Of a DNA stretch of 64,000 nt, positions 24,829-36,746 are shown piece by piece. The DNA is from Gracilinanus agilis (Eukaryota), in NCBI RefSeq assembly GCF_016433145.1, contig NC_058134.1, positions 6,561,290 to 6,625,289 on the forward strand, in the 5' to 3' direction. Numbering within the stretch: position 1 is the stretch's first letter; each line of letters opens with the position of its first letter. Under the pieces are notes generated by a model, which searched no databases, had not been told where the DNA came from, and saw only the letters and a list, made by a program, of their open reading frames with translations. The translations under genes and the position numbers were made by a program.

Positions 24829-27800
24829 AAAAATCACTAGAAAAAAGACAAATGAAAAATTCTCAATTAAATACTAAATTGGACATCTTGAACATCAAAG
24901 GAGAGAATAATAAAGTTGAAAATGAGAAAGCGATCTAATAAATAAAACCACTTGTTTTGCGGAAAAAAAAGAAAAAGATCCTATTAATGTGATAAAAAAA
25001 AGAAAAACAAATTATTAGTATCAAAAATGAAAAGAGTAAAATTTACTACCAATGGGTAGAAAATAAAAGCAATTATTAGGAACTATTTTGTCCAATTATA
25101 TGCAAACAAATTAAGTAAAATGGATGAATATTTACCAAAATATAGATTGTCCAGAATAAGAGAAGAGGAAATGTAATACTTCTGTAACTTATACATTAAA
25201 TTACTTATATAGCATATGTTAAAAAATAATAAAGAAACTGAACATACACTTAAAATGGCCTGCCTAAGAAAAATCCTCTGGGCCAAATAGATTCATAATT
25301 GAATTCTTTCAAACTTTTAAAGAACAATTATTCCCAGTACTATATAAATTATTTGAGGAAAAAATAACAGATGAAGGAGTCCTGATAAATTCCTTTTATG
25401 ATACAAATACAATGTTGATATCTAAACTAGGGAGAGCAAAAACCAGAAAAAATCAACTATAGACCAATTTCCCTAATGAATATTGATGAAAACATTTTAA
25501 ATAAAATACTACAAAGGATATTACAGCAAGCTATTACAAATTTTATATACTAAGGTTGGAGGGAATTTAAACTGAGGATGCAGGGCTGGTTGAACATAAT
25601 AGGAAAACTATCAGCATAACTGGTCACATAAATAAAAAAAACAATGGAAAACAAATATCTTAATAGATGTGGAAAAAAGATTTTCTAAAATATGACATTT
25701 CTGTTGAAGACACTAGAAAGCATAGGAATGAATGGGTTTTTCCTTTAAATAATAAGTAGGACCTTTCTAAAAACATCAGCAGGCATTATTTTGTAACAGG
25801 AGAAAGCTAAAGGCTTCCCATTAAGATCAAGTGTGAAGCAAGAAAGCCCATTATCACCACTATTATTTAATATTATACTAAAAATGATAGCTATAGAAAT
25901 AAGAGAAGAAAAAGAACTTGAAGTATTTAGAATAGGCAATGAAGAGCCCAAACTACCAGTCTAATATGATAGTATACTTAGTGAATCCCAGATAATTAAT
26001 TGAAAAACTAAATGGAACAATGAACAACTTCAGCAAAATTGCAGGATATACAATAAACCCACAAAAATCATCAGTATTTCTATATATTGCCAACAAAGTC
26101 CAGCAGCAACAGACAGAGGAATTCATTTAAAATAACCATAGAAATAAATACTTGGGAGTCTACCTGACAAGTTAAAAAAAAAAAAAAAGGCTATATCAAC
26201 ACAATTACAAAACACTTTTCAACAAATAAAGTCATACCTAAACAATAGAAAAATATGAATTGCTCCTGGAGAGGGTAAGCCGATATAACAAAATGACAAT
26301 TTTACAGAAGTTAGTTTATTTATCTAGTGCCATACCAATCAAACTGTCAAACACTGTTTTGCAGAATTGGAAAAAATAATTCAAAAAACACAATTTATCT
26401 GGAAGAACAAAAAAGTAAAGGATGTCAATATTAGTCCTAAAAATGGTAAAAGAAGGCAGCGGCCATATCAAATCTCGAACTGTAGTACAAGGAGGTGGTA
26501 ATCCAAACAATGGTGCTGGTGAGGAAAGAAGAGTGTCGGAGCCCAGCGATGGTTTAGGTACCAGCACATACTAGTAAGTGCCCGCAGTGAGTTAGAGTTT
26601 CCTAAATGCAAAGATCCCGCCTGCTGGACCACGAACTCAGTAACTGGTAAAAACTGCCAGGAAAACTAGCGAGGCGTTTGGTCCTAGGGATAGACCTGCG
26701 TCTCCTACGTATACCTAGAAAACGGCAAAAGGATGGAGACATGCCAGGCGGCGTCCTAGGTAAGTGACGGGAGCTTGTCCTCGGCGCCTGTCAGTTCTAC
26801 GGAGGAGGGAAGAATTTGTGAGCAAACAAGAGGCAGAGAGCATGATGGGAAATGAACTCATCACTCCGATGACGTCAAATTAAAATAGCTTTTGTCTAAA
26901 CAAGACCGATAGAGCCAATAAAGCCCTCCTTTCCCAAACGGAGAGACCTTTCACGGAGACTTAGGAGAAAACAAGTCATTTCCTAATTAACAAACGGTCA
27001 AAGCCAGGGAAGCGTTTTCAGCTGAAGAAATCAAAGCTCTCCATAGCTGTGTGAAAGCAGCCTCCGAGTCATTCTAGATTGGGGAAATGCGAATTCATCC
27101 CTCTGTGAAGGGTCGCCTCCCCCATCCACGCAGGATCCTCCTTTGGCAATAACTTTCCCCAGCAAAGAGGCGCGGAATGAGCCATGGAGTGGGAAAGAAT
27201 GTCGGGGCTGCAGCACAAGCCCTCACAGGAAGTATCACGACAAAACGTAGCATTTGTGGTCATTCACGGAGCCGGGCCATTGGGACGCTTTCTCTCGCGT
27301 GGGCGGCAGCCTAGACCGGGAATCTGGCAGCGGCTTTGATCGGAGCTCCAGGGACTCTCGGACACGCGTGCTTCCGCTTCCTCGGGGGTGAAATGGGGTC
27401 AGGAGCGCAGGAGGCATTCAACAAGGGAAGGGCCATGCAAGAAGCCCAGCTATTATCGGCACCGTTTTCTCAGGGAATCCTTCCCGTCAGCCCAGCCGCT
27501 CTTGTCGCCCGTTTCCCATTGGAAGGAAGGACGTAAAGGGCGGAGATCCCGATGACTTGCCAGACTTGGGGGGTCACAGAGAGGGCGCGGCTCGCTGGCC
27601 AAGAGAAGACTCCTTTGGAGATGCCCCGGAGATACGCCGGCGCTGCTGCGGCCAGCCCGGAACCCACGGAACCTGCCGCTCTCCTTCGAGGACAGACCAC
27701 GTTCCGGACGCCATGCCGGGGCTGAACCTATGTCGTGCCCCGGAGGTGGCCTCGATCACGGCCAGAGGAGCTGCTCGGAGAGGGCGGCCTCCTACTTGCT

Positions 27801-28860
27801 GCCTGCCATGGCGTCTCTAAGCTCTGAGAATGAGCGGCCTGGACGGGACCTTGAGGCAGCGGCTTCCTGGCTGGGTTGGGTGCTCCGACGTGCCTAGGAG
27901 GGCGCCTGCGCTGCTTCTCAGAGCCCCAATCCACGGGTCTAATGCGGAAGCTTCGGGGGAAAGCGGCTTCTCAGCCACCCGCAGAACGGGGCTGAAGGAA
28001 GCATTCGTGCCGCTCCTCCGAGGGTGGCCGTGGCCGAGCGGAGCAGGGGACGAAGAAGGCCAGTCGGGAGAGGCCGGCGCAAAAGAAGAGAGCAGGGATG
28101 GCGGAGAGCCAGAGGATGAGGAGGCCGGGAATGGAGGGCGGGCAGCAAAGCAGCAGACCCGGCTGGGAAGGCTCTGCGGCTCTCCCCACGCAAGATCCGC
28201 TGCCCCGTGAATCTCCTACGGGAATGGCAGTGAGGCGGCCTGCCTGCCTGCCTGCTCGCTCCTGGACAGGCTTTGGGCAGCTTTGCTCTTTGGAAAAACA
28301 AAATCAGCAAGTTCGTCTTCCTCAGCCTCTCCTAATTAGAACTCTGCGTTTGGCCGGGGGACAGCAGGCAGGCGTTCCAAGCCAGAGCACTGCCTGCCTT
28401 GGCGTGGTTTTCCGCTGCCATTTTCACTGTTTGCTTTGGAACCCCGACTCGTAGCCAGTTCCTTGGTGCCCCCCCCAGCCCTTGGAAGTGGGCTTGTGGA
28501 CATTTTCTCGTTGCTTTCTGAGAAATCCGTCTCAGGTTGTTTTGAAATCCTGCGTGCTTATACCAGTCACCCACTCAAGGCTTCCTGCATTTTCCCCAAC
28601 CCCCCCCCCCCACTCTGTTTGGAACAGCCTCCTAATTAATATACATCAGGACACCTTGCTCTTCTCCTTCAAAAACTCCCCAAAGCCATCTGTTCCGGGA
28701 GTCCTTCCAGCGCCAAGAGCCACTAACAGCTTTGCTTTAGTCCTTTTCCCACCTCATCAGGGCTACATGGGCTGCAGTGAGCGTTCCTGGCCTGATGTCC
28801 AGCTTTGGACTTCCCAAGGCCGCATCCAACCATCTCTGTCTGATAAAAGTAGCCCAGCAA

Positions 28861-29046
28861 GGGGGCAGCTGGGTAGCTCAGTGGATTGAGAGCCAGGCCT
28901 AGAGAGCAGAGGTCCTAGGTCAAGTCCTGCCTCAGACACTTCCCAGCTGGGTGACCCTGGGCAAGTCACTTGACCCCCATTGCCCACCCTTACCACTCTT
29001 CCACCTAGGAGCCAATACACAGAAGTTAAGGGTTTAAAAAAAAAAA
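28861..29046 (+). mobile_element. Young short-tail SINE
   Basis: gggggcagctgggtagctcagtgg head and poly-A. TSD aaaagtagccca at 28845-28856 and 29047-29058. Confidence 0.97.
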
Positions 29047-29408
29047 AAAAGTAGCCCAACTCCCCAAGACAGCCCAACCCAGGTGTCCTGATGCTTTAAT
29101 GTCATCACTTCCTTCCCGGAGCTGTCAGAGAAGGGAAGAAGCAAACTTCCATCAGCTGATCATTAACTCAGTATTTGACTGCTGGGTCACATTAAGGACG
29201 TTGGCCACGGGGGTCTCCCATCCAAGAAGAGCCATAAGGAGGAGCATTCACCAAGGTTCTCCAGCAGGACCCTTGTTTGAAAGACACCCTTTAATAGTAA
29301 AAGACAAGTCTGCGTGTTCACTTAAGAGTCAATAGATTCTGTCTGGTTCAGGGCAACTGAGTTTCTGATTTTGTTCGCAGGACTAATTGACAAGAATTGT
29401 TCTAGGGA

Positions 29409-29892
29409 TAATAAACTGGAGGAATTCCATGTGAACTGGAAAGACCTCCAGGAAGTGATGCAGAGTGAAAGGAGCAGAGCCAGAAATACAGAGACTGATA
29501 CACTGTGGTAAAATCGAATGTAATGGACTTCTGTACTGGCAGCAATGCAGTGAACCAGGTCAATTCTGAGGGATTTATGGAAAAGATGCTACCCACATTC
29601 AGAGGAAGGACTGCAGGAGAGGAAACACAGAAGAAAAACAACTTCTTGAACGCATGGGTTGAGCCGACATGATTGGGGATGTAGACTCGAAACTACCACA
29701 TCAATGTAACTATCAACAATTTGGAAATAGGTCTTGATCAATGACACATGTTAAAACCAGTGGAAATGCGCATCGGCTATGGTGGGGGGGGGGGAGGATT
29801 GGGGGGTGAAGGGGAAAGTAAGAGCATGAATCATGTAACCAAGTTATTTTTTCTAAAAAATTTTTTCTAAAAATTAAAAATTATTTTAAAAA
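29409..29892 (+). mobile_element. Young 5'-truncated L1 (3' UTR only)
   Basis: 17-bp TSD aagaattgttctaggga at 29392-29408 and 29893-29909, with a G-rich tract and an A-rich tail. Confidence 0.95.
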
Positions 29893-29949
29893 AAGAATTG
29901 TTCTAGGGAATTACAAGTCCAAGTTCTATAAATCTGCTTGATCAAAATT

Positions 29950-30001
29950 TGTGTGTGTGTGTGTATAATATATATATATATATGCATATATATATATATA
30001 T
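29950..30001. repeat. (TG)n(TA)n compound microsatellite
   Basis: tgtgtgtgtgtgtgtataatatatatatata... Confidence 0.95.
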
Positions 30002-30439
30002 CACCTGGGGGAGCTTCCGGTTTATAAGCACTTAGAGGCCTTTAACAATTTCTGTTTGCAGTTGCAAATTATTTTTAATAATACTTCAAAAGACTGTGAA
30101 AAGCAAGTGTCTAGACTCCAATGTTAATTGGTTTCTTTTGCTTTAGTAAGGTGATACGGCTTCTTGTATGTCAGGTCCTGAGCTAAATACTGGATATAAA
30201 AAAAGCTAAAATAATTCTTCCATATGCTCACATTGTAATGAGGGAGATACTATGGAGATAACGAGTAATATAGGATTTTATGAATCATGTGGGATCAGAA
30301 AAGCCAATAGTTAAATATTTAACATGAGCATTTATACTTCAGAAATCAGCAAATGGTACAAAGCAGAATGTGGTGGAGAAAATGTTAATAATGTAATTTA
30401 AACTTAAAAGTATCATGTGTATTTTTGGGCTCCCGTGTC

Positions 30440-31020
30440 CCCAAAGAACCAGTTGTTAAACACATGCTAGTGTATTTCTGGGTGCCTGAAAGCCAAGATT
30501 TGATGAGACTGAGGCAGTGAGCCTGGGTAAGTACAAGTATGGTGGTGCTCTCAACAGTAATGGGGAAGTTTGGAAAGAGAAATAATCTTGAGTGAAAAAG
30601 TAGCAATTGGGGGGCGGGGGCGGGGATATGCTGAGTTTGAAGTGCCTCATTTAGGATAGTCCATTCTCAATGTCCAAGAAGAGTTGGAGACGCCTGACTG
30701 GAGATGAGGAGATGAGACCGAGGTCATATATACCAATGGAAGAGGTTCCTTTGCATGGAGATGGCGCACCTGAATTTGTGGGAATTTATAAAATTTCCAA
30801 ATGAAATTATGGGGGAGGAACTGAGGCAGGATCTAAGGAAGAGCCCCTGGGGCTGTTCACAGTAGCTAGATAGAACAGATGATGAACCAGACTAAATAAA
30901 TAAAAGGAAGAAGGAGCCATCTGAAATCTGAGGCAGAGAATCAAGCAAGAGGAGGGACTGTCCATGAGAAGGTGATCTACTGAGTGAAATGCTACAGAGG
31001 ATTCAAGGAGGAAACTCAGT
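30440..31020 (-). mobile_element. L2 fragment
   Basis: gagcctgggt...atggtggtgctctcaacagtaatgggg, atgctgagtttgaagtgcc and gtgaaatgctacagagg resemble L2 in reverse. Confidence 0.75.
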
Positions 31021-32579
31021 GAGCAGCTTCAACTTCTTTGTATGAAAAGGTCCTTGAATGAGAGGCTGAGGAGATACAGGGATCCTGGGAACCCTGAGGA
31101 GTATGGAGAGGTTTGGCACAGCCGCATCGAGGACCTGGCTAACCCATCGATAAAGTGGCCGGCACTGAAGTCCCTTACCTTGGCCTTCTCAAATTCTCTG
31201 ACTGTGTAATAGATGGACAGCGGATAAAGGCACGGGTGGGACCTTATTACCATCCTCATCAGCCTTTAGACAACATCCCTAAGTTTTGAAAGATGCCCTT
31301 AGAACATCGTCTCGCCGGACAGTTACTAAATACCAGGATGTAGGGAGCGACTACACTTGGTGTAGAGATGAGGAAAGAGATTCAGAAAAATGAAGACACT
31401 TGCCGAGGGTCACCGAGTCAGGCGGACCTTTGAGCGGAAATCCTGACTGCAGAGGGGCGCCCTCTCTGGGGCAGCCCAAGCTACTTCCTGGTGACTCGCT
31501 GCCACTCATTTTCTGCTGGGCCCAGAACAGGAGAACACACAGCACGTGGTCCCTGCCTTCATGAGGGCTTACTGACAATCAAAGGGCAAGACTTTGAGCC
31601 CAAAGGTTAGCCGGAGTCGGAGGGAGTTCCAGGTGGATGGAGGGTTTGCCCAAGGCAACAGGGAGTGCAAATAGCTGAGGGAGGTTATCAGGCCAGGCTG
31701 TCTGACTCCCCAAACAGTCTGTTTTCCACTTTCTCCCCCCTGAGCCCCAGGATGCCTGGCTAAGCTCTCCTTTTGTCTCAAGGGCTTAGCCCTGTGCCTT
31801 CAATAAGTCCGTTAGTTCAAATCCATTTGTTGAGTGAAGGGTCTAAATCTCTTGCGAGGAACTTTGCAGATCTCAACTCTATCTTCTGCATCCGTCTACA
31901 TCGATCGATCTTATATATAAGCTTTGAGTCATCAGCAAAATCTGATGAGTGCGTGATCCATGCCTTTCTGCAGGTCACTGACAAGAAGAATAAAGAGCCT
32001 GGAGCTCTGCGTAGATCCCTGCGGCCCTCCACCAGAGACCTCCTACCCTTCGTGGCTATTCCTTGAGTTTGAACATTGGAACCACTACAGGTCCTTATAC
32101 CTACCCTTGGGCTTGGCCCAAAGAACCTAAGAAGCCTCCATCTCTTCATCTCTGCTCCAGAGTTATGCTAATGTCCAAAGAAAGGAGGTGAATTTGGCAC
32201 GACGTAACCTCCTGGAATCCACGCTGGCCTTTGTGCTCACGGCTGATTTTTCTACAAGTTCATTAAGCACCTTTTAAATAATGCATCTTCCCTCTCTGAC
32301 AATGGAACAGGCTTTTGGCTTCTCCACCTGAAAACCCACCTCTGAGTTTCCTACATACCAAACCATTTCTGATCCCATTAAAATAATCCAGTAAGAACAT
32401 TTCCCACATTGTGTGTCTGCTAAAGGTAGACAGAACATTCCCTTTTTTGGTACAAGAAACAGGGTTTTAAGAAATGCCTTTAAAAAAATAGAATCTAAAG
32501 GGGAAAAAAAGAAAGAAAGAAAAAGATTTGCCCTTAGCTATGCAAACATAAAGCAGACAGGCTTTAGGGAATTACAGGA

Positions 32580-33760
32580 TGGCTGAACAAATTCAGGGAA
32601 TGTGCTCCAGCCAGCCCCGAGGCAATGAAAGGATGAGCCTTAAAAAAAAAATTATTCTATGTTTATTTTTTTTTAATAAACCGTGTTTTCACTGTTCCAA
32701 ATTAAAAACATTCTTATTATATGGTGCTCTCAGGCACTCAGATGTGGCGTCTATAAATGCATTTAATTCGTGTTTAATGTAAGGATAAAATTGAAATGTA
32801 ATCACTTGCAGTATCCTTGACGATATTTCGTGCTCTCAACAGCAATGAAAATTGAGGGTGTTAATTTACACATACAAGATGATTTCATGCGACTTATCAA
32901 AGATTAAATGGTACAATCAGTAATGACAGTGGAAGAAATTAAATCAGGATATGAATGAGCCCGGGTTGGCTTGTAGGTGTTCTAGCAAAGCCTAATCCTC
33001 CTGCTCTCGCTGATGAGTTAATCACTCCTCATAGTCTTTGTCAAATGTTAACCTTTACGAGAGTCCTGTTGGCTTAAGACGGCCGGGATAGCTTAGCGGG
33101 ATTCATTTTAAAGACCATGTCGAGAAAGATTTTTTTACAGGTTTTAATTATTTTGAAGTTTATCGAAAGGGGAAAATATATTTTAACAAGCATCCCTCCA
33201 AGTAGTGGGAGCGCATCGTTCTAATCTGCAAACCTAATTATCACCTTCTTATGGAACACAAGGAACAGCTTTGGAAGCAAATGAATGTATCCTATCAGTG
33301 GGACAGTTTGTCACTTTATTAAATAACCATCATCTTTGCAAATAAAATGGTGATAAGCTCCATTGTAGGAAGCGAAGAGAGAAGACCCCTGCACACCACT
33401 GCACATTAAAATGATCTTCCCACAGCTTCTTGAACGGTTTATTAAGCATTCACTGTGTTGGATCATAAAGTACAAATGGCAGAATTAAATGCTTTTTAAA
33501 CCGTAAGAAGCAAATATGTTTCATATTAAAAAAAAAAAAAAACACTTTCCCACACGATGGACCATTCCGGAGATATGGCCGATGCCTATTTCCAGGTAAG
33601 ATGGAAATGGGCTGATCGAGTGATTGTTACAGGTTCGAACAGCACCAAAAATTATGGGTAAAAAATTCTTTCTGAGGAATTAATGACCAGTCCATGTTAT
33701 TAATTGCAGGGCTTAAAATAAACATCATAGGCAGCAGGGCAAAGTTTTCCTGGAATCTCA
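32580..33760. promoter_or_regulatory. About 1.2-kb repeat-free block, candidate conserved enhancer cluster
   Basis: No recognisable repeat in an otherwise repeat-dense intron. Many TAAT/ATTA, GATA and TGAC cores. Confidence 0.5.
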
Positions 33761-34211
33761 CCCAGAAAACAGTCATTTCTAAATGTCCCCGTGATGGATG
33801 GAAAAGGGAACCTTCCTGAACCTAAAATTATGAACCATTTTTACCCACCACGTGATTCTACAAAAACATGCATTTTCCTTCAAGAGAAACAGTGAAGGAA
33901 AGGTAAAGGAAGGGAAGACCTCCTTGTCTGTCCTCTGTTTGTTTTCCTCCATCCCCCACTCTCAGCCTGGGACCCAAACTTAAGACCTGCGGACACATTC
34001 CTGGCTGTGCGTTGGCGTCCCATTCTGGTACCTTCTTGGGTGCTGGCTTTGGCAGAGATGAGGAGCAGGAGGGGAGACCCCTGGATTCTGAGTCCATCCA
34101 AAGCAAAATGCTGTTCTCATCGTAGAGTCAAGTGGGAAAGATCAGCGGGGGGATGGAGGGGAGGGGGGTCCCTAAGCTCCATAATTAGTGGATTTTCTCC
34201 GAGTGGCCGGA

Positions 34212-34377
34212 NNNNNNNNNNNNNNNNNNNNNNNNNNNNNNNNNNNNNNNNNNNNNNNNNNNNNNNNNNNNNNNNNNNNNNNNNNNNNNNNNNNNNNNNN
34301 NNNNNNNNNNNNNNNNNNNNNNNNNNNNNNNNNNNNNNNNNNNNNNNNNNNNNNNNNNNNNNNNNNNNNNNNNNNNN
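34212..34377. other. Assembly gap (166 N)
   Basis: Run of N. Confidence 1.
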
Positions 34378-34759
34378 TGGTCTAGTTGGCATTCAATGAC
34401 AAACCAAGTTCTTGGGAAAGGGAGGAGGACAATCCATATTTCTTCATTTTCTATGAAAAAACCCCGACTTTATTCTGCAAACCTCCCTTTCTCTTTGAAC
34501 ATGGCCTGAAGTCTCTTGAATGGCCATGTGTACCGGAGCCCTCTGCTGGCCCCAGCCTGGTGTTTGTCTGAAGTACAAGAGACAGAAATCCTGCTGTCCA
34601 TGGTTTGAAAGCCAGAGTGCGGAGCCCCATCTCTGCTTCAGGAGGGGCCGAGCATCTCCCTCGGGTCTTTGAGAGATGGGCTTCCGAAGGGCTCCAGGTT
34701 CTCCTTAGATAACTACCAGTGGAAGCCGCAGCCAAAAGAATTTCTGAATGGTGATGTTT

Positions 34760-35900
34760 CCATTTTTTAAAATTAAATTTCGATTTCTTTAGAATATTTT
34801 CCCATGGTTCCATGATTCGTGATTTTCCCCACCCCCCTTTTGTAATATCTTTATTCAGACATGTTTTAAAGTTAAAAGGAAAAAATAAAACATTTTAAGA
34901 GTGCAAACACACATTAGAGATATACCTACTAAGTGCAAAGTAGGGTGATTTTTTTTTTCTTGTATTTCTATAGCACAACATGCTTTTAAAATGTCAGATT
35001 CTAGATTTAAATCTTCAGTAATCACTCAAAATTTTCCTAGAGCTCAGACCACTCCACATATTATCAAATGAGTGCTCACAAGACCTTTTGAGACAGCACT
35101 GCTCTGACTTTTTTCATTCAAAAAAATTCAATGTTTTATCCAATACTTCATATTAGACACCAAGCCAAGCAAACTTCCTTAGTGAATAGTTATATATGTG
35201 AACTTATTTCAGTGTTTAAAGATTAGAAAGTTTTCAGCCATGCCTTGCAAATTCCCATCAGCATTCTGTTTTTGGTCCATTTGATCCCCCCCCCCCCAAT
35301 TCTATGGTCTGTTACCGTCTGGATACTCTGTTCCAATGATTCTACTTTTTTCAGTTTGCATTATTTCATAATCATATAAAATACTGTTATGAAATTATGT
35401 GAAGAGATTCGTTTTCTATAAAGACTTCCAAGTTATATTCCTATCAGGGAATTACTAGTTTAATGAGCTTAAAAATTGGTAGCTTTAGCTGTAACTTCCC
35501 CAAATGATCTCCAAAGAAGATCTACATATTTTCAATTTCGCTAGGAACCAGCGACTATACCTGCGTCTCCACAGCCCTGAGAGCACTGATTTTACTACTC
35601 TCGGATGTTTTTGCCAATTTGATGAGTATGGCATAATTCCTTAAAGCTGTTTTCATTATATCTCTTCAATGGTTATTGGAGAAATTTCCCCCCCTAAGTG
35701 ACTAACAAACAATTTGTATTTCTTCGTTAGAAAATCATGCTTTGTCCATCTCTACACTATCATCTGGGATTTGCACATTTTTGCAACTTCTCTATAAATT
35801 TTGGATGAAAAAATGTATCTGACATTTTCCATGAATATTTTCACCAACCTATTTTCTGTTTTTCCATTTAAGTCCATTTTTACGACTGTCCCCAGTTTTA
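34760..35900 (-). mobile_element. L1 fragments (short young 3' end at about 34760-34835 plus an older ORF2/3' UTR remnant)
   Basis: agaatattttcccatggttccatgattc is the L1 3' end in reverse. tttttgccaatttgatgagtatg and tctctataaattttggatg resemble L1 ORF2 in reverse. Confidence 0.65.
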
Positions 35901-36573
35901 ATGTTTAGCTCATCTCCATATTTCCTTTTATTGTTTTTACTATAAAAATATCTACCCTTCAAAATAAATGTAAATGAATGGTTACATGTGCTTTCCTGCT
36001 ATATGGTTCTTTTAAAATCACGGTCTATTAATATTCTGATTCTTACAATGCCTTCACTTTGTAGACAAAATCCCCAAAATTGGTGTTTAGCATCTTGTTT
36101 TCAGTAAGGTCTACCGATTTCTCCCCACAAGACCCCGGACAGCCAGCCGGGGCTCTGCTTAAAGCAGTGCTCACTCGCCCATTGGGTCTGCTCCCTGCCC
36201 AAGCACCCGGGGCCCAAAGGTGTCCAAAGGGGAAAAAAGGAACACGTCTGTCACAGGAAATAAAGATCCGGAGACGTCGTGACAAAGAAGTGAAGGCTAC
36301 GAACTCCCCTGCCCGGCTCAAGCTAACACACGCTCGTTACGCGCTTCCTGTGTGCCGTGTGCCGTGTTGGGCACGGGGGCAACAGAACCAAATCAGAATG
36401 AAAGGTGGCCCCTGCCTTCGGGGAGGCTGCGTCCGATGGGCAACGACAGCCCACAATAAAGGGCTGAGAAAGAAAGTATGGGGTGGGGGCCGGAACGCTT
36501 CACAGTGAGAACAGGGGACATTTCATGAAGCTTTTCACTGTTTCTTTGATGACTTAATATAAGGGGCACTTGT

Positions 36574-36746
36574 GGCAGCTGGGGGCTCAGTGGGTAGAGA
36601 GCCAAGCCTGGAGTCGGGAGCTCTGGGTTCAAATCTGACCATTGGCAAGTCACTTAACCCTAATTGTCTATCCCTTACCACTCTTCTTCCTTAGAATCAA
36701 ATCCTAGTATCAATTCTAAGACAGAAGACAGAAGGTAAGGGTTAAA
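36574..36746 (+). mobile_element. Older long-tail SINE (SINE1_Mdo-like)
   Basis: ggcagctgggggctcagtgg head and tail agtatcaattctaagacagaagacagaaggtaagggttaaa. Confidence 0.88.

Larger units (their letters stand above)
21441..28000 (+). mobile_element. Near full-length dead L1: 5' UTR, ORF1 from about 22088, ORF2 from about 23875, 3' UTR traceable to about 28000
   Basis: Starts gggcggagtcaagatggc (L1 5' end). Endonuclease start ITVNVNGVNPLIKE at about 23890. Reverse transcriptase motifs [14 protein letters not shown] and [19 protein letters not shown] at 25390-25510. Many stops, frameshifts and an internal deletion. The 3' part is heavily GC-substituted, so its end is approximate. Confidence 0.92.
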
